Origin: Pirellulaceae bacterium
GTDB taxonomy: Bacteria; Planctomycetota; Planctomycetia; Pirellulales; Pirellulaceae
Direction: 5' to 3'
DNA: 32,000 bases
Assembly (NCBI GenBank): GCA_046153945.1
Contig: JBJXFF010000109.1
Span: 51,616 to 83,615 of the forward strand
Below, in pieces: positions 16,196 through 22,957 of the stretch. Position 1 is the stretch's first letter. Every line of letters begins with the position of its first letter. Below the pieces are notes generated by a model. The model made no database searches and had not been told where the DNA came from. It worked only from the letters and a program-made list of their open reading frames with translations. The position numbers and the translations under genes were made by a program.

Positions 16196-17710
16196 ATGGT
16201 TCGTTCATTCTCCCAACTGATTTTTTGCGCTGTTTTGGTGCTGGCTATCGGCGTTGTCGGCCCGCTGGCGGCGATGGGGACGGCGTGCCCCTTCTGCTCG
16301 GCGACTGCGCAAACCTTTTCCGAGGAAATCACCACCATGGATGTGGTGGTGATCGCCCGGCTGGTGGCGACCGCTCCCAAGAAGGACAAAGCAGAAGAAG
16401 GATTCGGCTCGGAGGTCCCGAAGGCGAAGTTCGAGATCGTGCGGATCGTTAAGGGGGAAGGGCTGGCCAAGCCCAAGGAAACGATCGAGACCCTCTACTT
16501 TGGCGATGCCAAAATTGGGACCGCGTTCCTGGTGATGGGTATCGACCCGCCGAACGTGATGTGGTCCACGCCGCTGCCGCTATCGGACAAGGCCCAGGAT
16601 TACCTGGGGAAGATCATCAAGCTGCCGAAGGAAGGAGCCGAGCGATACACCTTCTTCCAGGATTACTTGGAGAGCGACGACGAGATGCTGGCCCGCGACG
16701 CCTATGACGAATTCGCCAAGGCTTCGTATGACACGGTAAAATCCCTCAAGGAGCAGATGGACCACGAAAAAATCATCGGCTGGATCAAGGACCCAAACAT
16801 CCCCGCCAGCCGCCGCCGGCTCTATTTGGTGATGCTCGGAATTTGCGGCAGCGAGAAGGACCTGCCGATGCTGGAGAAATTCATCAAGTCAGAGGACCGG
16901 AAAGAGAAGCAGGGGCTGGATGCTTTGATTGCCTGCTACGTCACGCTCAAGAAAGAAGCGGGCCTGCCGCTGATTGAAGAGCTGTTTCTGAAGAACAAGA
17001 AGAGTGACTATGCCGATACCTATGCCGCCATCATGGCCCTGCGATTCCATGCCACCGAAGGGAAAGTCATCGAGAAGAAGCGGCTTCTGGAAGGGTTCCA
17101 TTACATGCTGGAGCGGCCGGAGCTGGCGGACCTGGTGATTCCAGACCTGGCCCGGTTCGAGGATTGGGCTCCCATCGACAAACTGTTCGACCTTTACAAG
17201 AAGGCGGACGAGAAAACGAGCTGGGTGCGTGTCCCCGTGGTGAACTACTTGCGAGTCTGCCCGCTGCCGAAGGCGAAGGAGCTGCTCAAGGAGTGCGAGA
17301 AGATTGATCCGCAGGCCGTGAAGCGCGCCAACACGTTCTTCCCCGCCACGCCGAGCACGAAACCGGTCGACCCGGCGAAGGCGTCGCGGGCGAATTTCCC
17401 AAAGAAGTTGCATGAGAAGTCGGGTGGTTATGGCGATGCCCAGCAGGTTGCCTTCCAGGCCCCGATTCCTGAATCGGACGATGAGGTTGCTGGATCATCG
17501 ACTAATTCAGCCGCTCCCCGCACTCTGCCCGCTGAAGACGCAGCTGCCGTGGCGAGCATCAATAAAGGTGCCGCTCCGGCCAAGGCCCTGCGGCAAAATC
17601 CGGCTGAAGCACTGAACCTGTGGCAACTGATCGGCGTACCAGTTGGTGCGGGGCTGGCCCTGCTGTTTGTGCAGTGGTCCATCCTGCGGGGTGGAGTTCG
17701 GAGGAGATAG
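16196..17710 (+). CDS. Hypothetical membrane-anchored protein: N-terminal signal/anchor with CPFC motif, helical (HEAT/ARM-like) repeats, C-terminal TM helix
   Basis: ORF 16133..17710 trimmed to the ATG at 16196 (GGAAGGA at 16181-16187). Starts MVRSFSQLIFCAVLVLAIGVVGPLAAMGTACPFCSA. Long Lys/Glu/Leu-rich helical body. C-terminal LIGVPVGAGLALLFVQWSIL followed by RRR. Confidence 0.75.
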   Translation: MVRSFSQLIFCAVLVLAIGVVGPLAAMGTACPFCSATAQTFSEEITTMDVVVIARLVATAPKKDKAEEGFGSEVPKAKFEIVRIVKGEGLAKPKETIETLYFGDAKIGTAFLVMGIDPPNVMWSTPLPLSDKAQDYLGKIIKLPKEGAERYTFFQDYLESDDEMLARDAYDEFAKASYDTVKSLKEQMDHEKIIGWIKDPNIPASRRRLYLVMLGICGSEKDLPMLEKFIKSEDRKEKQGLDALIACYVTLKKEAGLPLIEELFLKNKKSDYADTYAAIMALRFHATEGKVIEKKRLLEGFHYMLERPELADLVIPDLARFEDWAPIDKLFDLYKKADEKTSWVRVPVVNYLRVCPLPKAKELLKECEKIDPQAVKRANTFFPATPSTKPVDPAKASRANFPKKLHEKSGGYGDAQQVAFQAPIPESDDEVAGSSTNSAAPRTLPAEDAAAVASINKGAAPAKALRQNPAEALNLWQLIGVPVGAGLALLFVQWSILRGGVRRR

Positions 17711-17712
17711 AG

Positions 17713-18429
17713 ATGAGTGGCACGCTGGATCAAATCAAGCCGGAAGTCGAGTTGCAGCCCGCTTTTAGCGAAACGATCTCCTATCGCACGATCAGCCGCT
17801 CCGCGGTGGTCGCCCTGATTCTCTCGATTGTTTCGCTGCTCGCGTTCATGGTTTCGTGGCTCTTGGTTCTGCCCGTAGTGAGCCTGGTGCTGGGACTGAC
17901 GGCTCTCTCCACGATTCGCCGTTATCCGGAGGAATACACGGGCGCTGGGACGGCACTCGGGGCGATTGGTCTATCCACCGCCACATTTCTGCTCGCCGGA
18001 ACCTGGCACGCGGTGGAATACGCCACGGAGGTTCCCGAAGGTTACTCGCGCATCAGCTTTTCGGAGCTTCAGCCGGACATGAAGAATCCCGGAACGCTGA
18101 TCCGGAATCTGGATTCGATCCTCCCCAAGCGAGCAGAAGAACTGCACGGCCAGCCGGTCTTCATTAAGGGATACATGCACCCCGGCGTGGAGACGATGGG
18201 CAAAGTGGATCATTTCATACTGGTGCCGGACATGGGAACCTGCTGCTTCGGCGGCCAGCCCAAAGCGACCGATATGATTGAAGTGAAGATCAAGCCGAAT
18301 GCCTCACGGGTAAAATACTCCACCCGCACCATCAAGCTGGCGGGGAAGTTCGTCCTCGCCCCACGCTCCTCCGATTTCGGCGAGCTGCACTCAGTCGTCT
18401 ATCATCTCGAAGCAGACATGGCGAAGTAG
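17713..18429 (+). CDS. DUF3299-like protein with N-terminal TM domain
   Basis: ORF 17620..18429 trimmed to the ATG at 17713, which is 2 nt after the upstream stop, with GGAGGAG at 17700-17706. It has 2-3 TM helices, then GQPVFIKGYMHP..VDHFILVPDMGTCCFGGQPKATDMIEV, which resembles the DUF3299 core. Confidence 0.75.
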   Translation: MSGTLDQIKPEVELQPAFSETISYRTISRSAVVALILSIVSLLAFMVSWLLVLPVVSLVLGLTALSTIRRYPEEYTGAGTALGAIGLSTATFLLAGTWHAVEYATEVPEGYSRISFSELQPDMKNPGTLIRNLDSILPKRAEELHGQPVFIKGYMHPGVETMGKVDHFILVPDMGTCCFGGQPKATDMIEVKIKPNASRVKYSTRTIKLAGKFVLAPRSSDFGELHSVVYHLEADMAK

Positions 18430-18441
18430 CCGTGGGAACTT

Positions 18442-18565
18442 GGAAATCTCAAATCTCAAACAAATTCCAAGGAAGAAATTCGAACCCGGAAATCACTAAG
18501 TCGGAACTCTCGCTTCTGAATTCTTCAGCTTCTCAACTCCCATTTGTTTGAGATTTGGGATTTCC
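18442..18565. repeat. 124-bp element (E2) bounded by 24-nt terminal inverted repeats
   Basis: GGAAATCTCAAATCTCAAACAAAT (18442-18465) versus the reverse complement of ATTTGTTTGAGATTTGGGATTTCC (18542-18565) matches at 23/24 positions. There is an internal third GGAAATC at 18488-18494. The element starts 13 nt after the DUF3299-like stop and is preceded by the half-site CCGTGGGAAC (18430-18439). Confidence 0.9.
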
Positions 18566-18596
18566 CATTTCCTTTCGTGAGTATCACTTTCAGTCT

Positions 18597-18611
18597 TGGC
18601 CCAATTATTGC
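18597..18611 (+). promoter_or_regulatory. Sigma-54-like -24/-12 promoter match TGGCCC-AATTA-TTGC upstream of pckA
   Basis: The GG and GC dinucleotides are at consensus spacing, with one mismatch in the -24 hexamer. It lies 52 nt upstream of the pckA ATG and directly downstream of element E2. Confidence 0.4.
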
Positions 18612-18662
18612 TCGCGGGTATTCTTCACTCAGCCACTTAGCCACTTTCGCACGGAGGCGAAC

Positions 18663-20309
18663 ATGTCCGCGCTCACATTCCCGGCAGCGGCTGCCGGTTA
18701 TTCATCCGTTCCGCTTATTAACCCAATGCCTTCTCATCGAATCGACCTGCTGGAATACGGTATTTTTGCCCGCGGCGTCCTGCGGAATCCGTCCCGGGCT
18801 CTGCTGTATGAGGATGCGGTGCGGCACGACGAAGGACTCATCACTTCGGCGGGCGCTATTGTCGCGCGCTCGCACGCCAAAACGGGGCGCAGCCCCAAGG
18901 ACAAACGCCTTGTGGAGGAGCCGGGAAGCTCGCAGGACATTTGGTGGGGGAGCGTGAACATCAAGTTGTCGCCGCAGTCCTATCGCATCAACCGCAAGCG
19001 GGCCCTCGACTACCTCTCCACCTGCCCCCGAATCTACGTCATTGACGGCTTTGCTGGGTGGGATCCGGAGCATCGCATCAAGGTGCGGGTCATCTGCTCC
19101 CGGCCGTACCACGCCCTGTTCATGCAAAATATGTTGATGCGGCCGAGCGAGGAGGAACTGGCGAACTTCGGCAAGCCGGACTATGTCATCTTCAACGCTG
19201 GAGCCTTTCCCGCGGACGAAGAAGTGCCTGGGGTAACCAGCGAGACGAGCGTCTGCCTGAACTTTGAATCGGGGGAATTCGTGATTCTGGGGACCGAATA
19301 CGCCGGCGAGATGAAGAAGGGGGTCTTCACCATCATGCATTACTTGATGCCCAAGCGCGGCGTCCTGTCGATGCACTGCTCGGCGAATGAAGGGGCAGCC
19401 GGCGATGTAACGCTCTTCTTCGGACTTTCCGGCACCGGCAAGACCACGCTTTCCGCCGATCCTCGCCGCAAGCTGATCGGCGACGACGAGCATTGCTGGA
19501 CGGAGAAGGGAGTCTTCAATATTGAGGGAGGGTGCTACGCCAAGTGCATCAATCTGTCGGCCGACAAGGAACCGGAGATATTTTCCGCCATCCGATTTGG
19601 CACGGTGCTGGAGAACACGACGCTCCATCCCGACACAAGAATTGTCAATTATGCCGACGCCAGCCTGACGGAAAACACGCGGGCGAGCTATCCCATCGAG
19701 TACATTCCCAACGCCAAGATTCCCTGTCTTGGCGGGCATCCCAAAAACATCATCCTGCTCACCTGCGACGCTTTCGGCGTGCTGCCGCCCGTCAGCAAGC
19801 TTTCCCCCGAGCAGCTCATGTATCACTTCATTAGTGGCTACACCGCTAAGGTGGCGGGAACCGAGGAAGGGGTGAAGGAGCCGGAAGCGACCTTCAGTGC
19901 TTGCTACGGAGCGGCATTCCTCGTTTGGCACCCGATGAAATATGCTCAGCTTTTGGCGGACAAAATGAAAACGCATTCCGCCGGCGCTTGGCTAGTGAAC
20001 ACCGGCTGGACCGGCGGGAGCTATGGCACTGGTCACCGCATCAAACTGGCCCACACGCGGGCCATTATCGACGCTATCCACAGCGGTGAACTGGCCAAGT
20101 CACCAACGCTGATTGAGCCGACCTTCGGTCTGGCGATTCCCACAGTCTGCCCCGCCGTCGCCAGCGAGATTCTCGCTCCCCAGAATTCCTGGAAGGACGG
20201 CAAAGCGTACGACGCGACCGCCGCCAAGTTGGCCGATTTGTTCCTTAAGAACTTTGCGAACTACGCGGACCAGGCCACGGAGAAAGTGCAGGGAGCGGGA
20301 CCGAAGTGA
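18663..20309 (+). CDS. pckA: Phosphoenolpyruvate carboxykinase (ATP)
   Basis: ORF 18555..20309 trimmed to the ATG at 18663 (GGAGG at 18653-18657). Kinase-1a motif FFGLSGTGKTTLS, IGDDEHCW, and NTGWTGG..G.RI, with length typical of ATP-dependent PEPCK. Confidence 0.93.
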   Translation: MSALTFPAAAAGYSSVPLINPMPSHRIDLLEYGIFARGVLRNPSRALLYEDAVRHDEGLITSAGAIVARSHAKTGRSPKDKRLVEEPGSSQDIWWGSVNIKLSPQSYRINRKRALDYLSTCPRIYVIDGFAGWDPEHRIKVRVICSRPYHALFMQNMLMRPSEEELANFGKPDYVIFNAGAFPADEEVPGVTSETSVCLNFESGEFVILGTEYAGEMKKGVFTIMHYLMPKRGVLSMHCSANEGAAGDVTLFFGLSGTGKTTLSADPRRKLIGDDEHCWTEKGVFNIEGGCYAKCINLSADKEPEIFSAIRFGTVLENTTLHPDTRIVNYADASLTENTRASYPIEYIPNAKIPCLGGHPKNIILLTCDAFGVLPPVSKLSPEQLMYHFISGYTAKVAGTEEGVKEPEATFSACYGAAFLVWHPMKYAQLLADKMKTHSAGAWLVNTGWTGGSYGTGHRIKLAHTRAIIDAIHSGELAKSPTLIEPTFGLAIPTVCPAVASEILAPQNSWKDGKAYDATAAKLADLFLKNFANYADQATEKVQGAGPK

Positions 20310-20332
20310 TGTAACCTCCTCAAACTGCCTTT

Positions 20333-21640
20333 CTACCTCAGCACATACTGCCGACAGACTTCGACGACCCCAGCTTCATCCTTGAGGTGGCGCGTGGGAA
20401 TGCCCGCGGCGAGGAGGGGGCCCGAGGAGTGGGCGAATTCGTCCTCATCGTAGACGTTGATGACGGCAGTGATGGCGTATCCCTGGCGGCGGAGTTCCCC
20501 CAGGCCGATGGCAGTTTCCATCGTCACCTTCGGCAAGATGACGATCACCGAGGCGTCCCGCGGCATGCGGCTGGTGCTTTCCACAATGAGTTGCGGCAAA
20601 GTGAGGCCGTCGGTCAGCTCGACGCGGGCCAGCGTTTCGAGAATCGTTATCAATTGTTCGGGGCCGCGGCGCGTTTGCACGATCAGGGGCTGTAGACGGT
20701 CGCTCTTTTCCTTCATGCCGGCCGAGGTCTTGGCGGCGGCGCGGGTCCGGACGTCGCCGGCCCAGCCTTCGGCGCGAATTCGGTCAGCGGCGTCCCGCCC
20801 GTTGGTGACCAGGCCAATTTGCTGCCCCATCAAATAGACAGCATTGGCGATGGAGGCCGCCGCGGTGATGGCCAACTCGCTGCGATGCGGCTCGCCTCCC
20901 TTGGCGTGCGATGACTTGTGAAAATCGAGCAGAATGGTGGCCCCCACGACGGTCGAGGGCTCGTAAACCTTGCTGTGAAGCTGGCCGGTCCGCGCGGTCG
21001 CTTTCCAACTGACGCGGTTGAGCGGATCGCCCCGCTCGTAGGCCCGGACACCGGCGATGCGAGTGGGGTCCTCAAAGAGGCGGTAGGTCATCCGGACCTC
21101 GCCGATGGGCCGCTTGGAGACAACCTCGTACCCGGCCAGCGGCATCACTTTGGGGAGGACCATTAGGAACTGCGGCTCGGTGGCAACGCGGTAGCGGCGA
21201 TGCAGGCCGAACAAGTCGCCGGTCTCCAGCACCAGCGGCCCGATCTGGTAATAGCCGCGGCGGTTGCAAATGAGTTGATAGAGCATGGTCTTGATGCCCT
21301 GCGGCTTCATCATGGTCAGCTCGATGCGGCGGCCGGTGACGGCGAGATTGGGCGGGTCGTACATGATTGCCGCGCGCGGCAGAAGATCTTCGAGCAGAAC
21401 CCAAGCGATGGGGAGCTTGCCGTGGTTCTCGATCGTCAGCTCGACCGAGATGGTGTCTCCAATCTCAGCCGCGAGCTTGTCCACCTGCCGCTTAGCCGAA
21501 AGGCTCGCCGCCCAGGAACGGGTGAGCCAGCGGCTAACGAGCAGGACGCCGAGGAGGGCATACATGGCGTACGCCAGCAGGCTCAGTTTGAAGATGAGCG
21601 CGAAGAGGAGAATCAGAATCGCGCCGGCGTACCAGATCAT
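20333..21640 (-). CDS. DUF58 domain protein (MoxR-associated), N-terminal TM helices
   Basis: 435-aa ORF. VRAYERGDPLNRVSWKATARTGQLHSKVYE is the DUF58 signature. It lies downstream of a MoxR ATPase gene on the same strand. Confidence 0.85.
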   Translation of the reverse strand: MIWYAGAILILLFALIFKLSLLAYAMYALLGVLLVSRWLTRSWAASLSAKRQVDKLAAEIGDTISVELTIENHGKLPIAWVLLEDLLPRAAIMYDPPNLAVTGRRIELTMMKPQGIKTMLYQLICNRRGYYQIGPLVLETGDLFGLHRRYRVATEPQFLMVLPKVMPLAGYEVVSKRPIGEVRMTYRLFEDPTRIAGVRAYERGDPLNRVSWKATARTGQLHSKVYEPSTVVGATILLDFHKSSHAKGGEPHRSELAITAAASIANAVYLMGQQIGLVTNGRDAADRIRAEGWAGDVRTRAAAKTSAGMKEKSDRLQPLIVQTRRGPEQLITILETLARVELTDGLTLPQLIVESTSRMPRDASVIVILPKVTMETAIGLGELRRQGYAITAVINVYDEDEFAHSSGPLLAAGIPTRHLKDEAGVVEVCRQYVLR

Positions 21641-21680
21641 TTAGTTGGATAGAAATGGGACATGGAAAGTGCTGAGAAGA

Positions 21681-21775
21681 GATGGCCGCGAACAACACGA
21701 AAAGACACAAAAACAGAAGAGGTCCTGAAGTGCAGGTCTTTCTCTTTGTGCATTCTTGTGTTTTTCGCGGCCATC
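21681..21775. repeat. Intercistronic long imperfect hairpin between the MoxR and DUF58 genes
   Basis: GATGGCCGCGAACAACAC (21681-21698) versus the reverse complement of GTGTTTTTCGCGGCCATC (21758-21775) matches at 17/18 positions. Additional imperfect complementarity (CACAAA / TTTGTG) continues inward. Confidence 0.8.
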
Positions 21776-21789
21776 CCCTCTCCATCTTT

Positions 21790-22755
21790 CTATTGGGCCG
21801 CTGCGGTGCCGGATTCGCTGATGGCGGGGACCGCGATGTCGGCGACGATATCGTCGACCACGGAGCCGGGGGTGATTTTGCGGAGGCGGCTTTCGGGCTT
21901 CAGGATCATGCGGTGGGTGAGGACGGGGCCAGCGACCCGCTTCACGTCGTCGGGGAGGACGAAGTTGCGGCCGCGGAGGGAGGCCATCGCCTGGGACGTG
22001 CGGAACATGGCGATGGAGGCCCGCGGGCTGCCGCCGAGGCTGATGTCCTCGTGACTGCGGGTGTCGTGGACGATCTGCATGATGTAGCGGCGGACTTTGT
22101 CGTCCACGTAGACTTCACGGCAGGCCTTTTGGCAGGCGACGAGTTCCTCGGATGAGACGACCGGCTCCAGCGAGTCGATGGGGTGGGAGTGCTGCAGCAT
22201 CTCCAGCATCTTCAGCTCGTCCTCCATCGTCGGATAGCCGAGACTGAACTTCATAAGAAATCGGTCGAGCTGGGCCTCGGGTAGCGGAAAGGTTCCTTCG
22301 TGGTCGACGGGATTTTGCGTGGCGATGACGAGAAACGGTGGCCCAAGTTGGTGAGTGGTGCCGTCCACGGTGACGCGGCTCTCACCCATCGCTTCCAGCA
22401 GAGCGGCCTGGGTACGCGGCGTGGTGCGGTTGATTTCGTCCGCCAGCAGGACATGAGCGAAGACCGGGCCGGGGCGGAACTCGAACTCTGTGGTCTTCTG
22501 GTTGAAAACTGAAGTCCCCGTAACATCCGTCGGCAGCAGATCGGGGGTGCACTGGATCCGTTTGAAGGTGCAGCCCATGCTGCGGGCGAGTGCCCTGGCG
22601 AGCATCGTCTTGGCGACGCCGGGCACGTCTTCCAAAAGGATGTGCCCTTCACAGAGCCAGGCGACCAGCGACAAGATCAACTGCTGCCGCTTGCCGACGA
22701 TGGCCTTCTCGACGTTGGCGATGATTTTTTTCGCAGTCTGATTGATGTCCGCCAC
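21790..22755 (-). CDS. MoxR-family AAA+ ATPase
   Basis: ORF 21790..22863 trimmed to the GTG at 22755 (AAGAGG 5-6 nt upstream). The discarded N-terminal extension is just the translation of REP-like hairpins (..FPRGAWE..). Walker A LLEDVPGVAKT and Walker B LLADEINR give the typical AAA_3 layout. Confidence 0.88.
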   Translation of the reverse strand: MADINQTAKKIIANVEKAIVGKRQQLILSLVAWLCEGHILLEDVPGVAKTMLARALARSMGCTFKRIQCTPDLLPTDVTGTSVFNQKTTEFEFRPGPVFAHVLLADEINRTTPRTQAALLEAMGESRVTVDGTTHQLGPPFLVIATQNPVDHEGTFPLPEAQLDRFLMKFSLGYPTMEDELKMLEMLQHSHPIDSLEPVVSSEELVACQKACREVYVDDKVRRYIMQIVHDTRSHEDISLGGSPRASIAMFRTSQAMASLRGRNFVLPDDVKRVAGPVLTHRMILKPESRLRKITPGSVVDDIVADIAVPAISESGTAAAQ

Positions 22756-22787
22756 GAATGCCTCTTGTTGTACATCTCGGACACCTT

Positions 22788-22947
22788 GTTCCCACGCTCC
22801 GCGTGGGAACACACTGCTTTGACGCTTCGCGTCTCTTCCGCATCTCCGCCCGCGCCGGTGCACCAGAGGGACGCAGAGCGTCGAAAACGTGCGTTCCCAC
22901 GGAGGACCGTGGGAACGAGTACGAACTCAAACCGGCTGAAGCCGGTT
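22788..22947. repeat. Composite REP/BIME-like cluster: two inverted copies of a ~46-nt double-hairpin unit plus a third hairpin
   Basis: Copy L is at 22788-22833 (GTTCCCACGC-tcc-GCGTGGGAAC ... GACGC-ttc-GCGTC). Copy R, inverted, is at 22870-22916 (GACGC-aga-GCGTC ... GTTCCCACGG-agga-CCGTGGGAAC). A further hairpin AACCGGC-tgaa-GCCGGTT lies at 22930-22947. Confidence 0.9.
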
Positions 22948-22957
22948 ACTACCGACT

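Noticed and set aside
15551-16452. Track ORFs 15551..15880 and 15835..16452 in the gene desert
   Set aside because: They have low-complexity Arg/Gly/Trp/Cys-rich sequences. The second ORF mostly translates the palindromic array (ITQISQM..SAYICEICG) and runs into the real gene in the wrong frame. Neither has an RBS.
18470-18500. tRNA-like TTCGAACCC string (a T-loop look-alike on the minus strand)
   Set aside because: The flanks cannot form a T-stem, acceptor stem or anticodon arm. It is the interior of palindromic element E2.
18702-19976. 424-aa ORF antisense to pckA. Similar shadows are 11870..12679(-), 13814..14662(-), 24563..25357(+) and 27897..29459(-).
   Set aside because: Each lies opposite a confidently identified gene, and its composition is typical of an antisense frame. 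There is no independent start or RBS support.
20333-22755. MoxR-DUF58 (together with the distant vWA gene at 2215..4296) as a vWA-MoxR conflict system
   Set aside because: MoxR-DUF58 is the common housekeeping pair. The vWA gene is 16 kb away in a different transcription unit, and no effector-like genes are adjacent.
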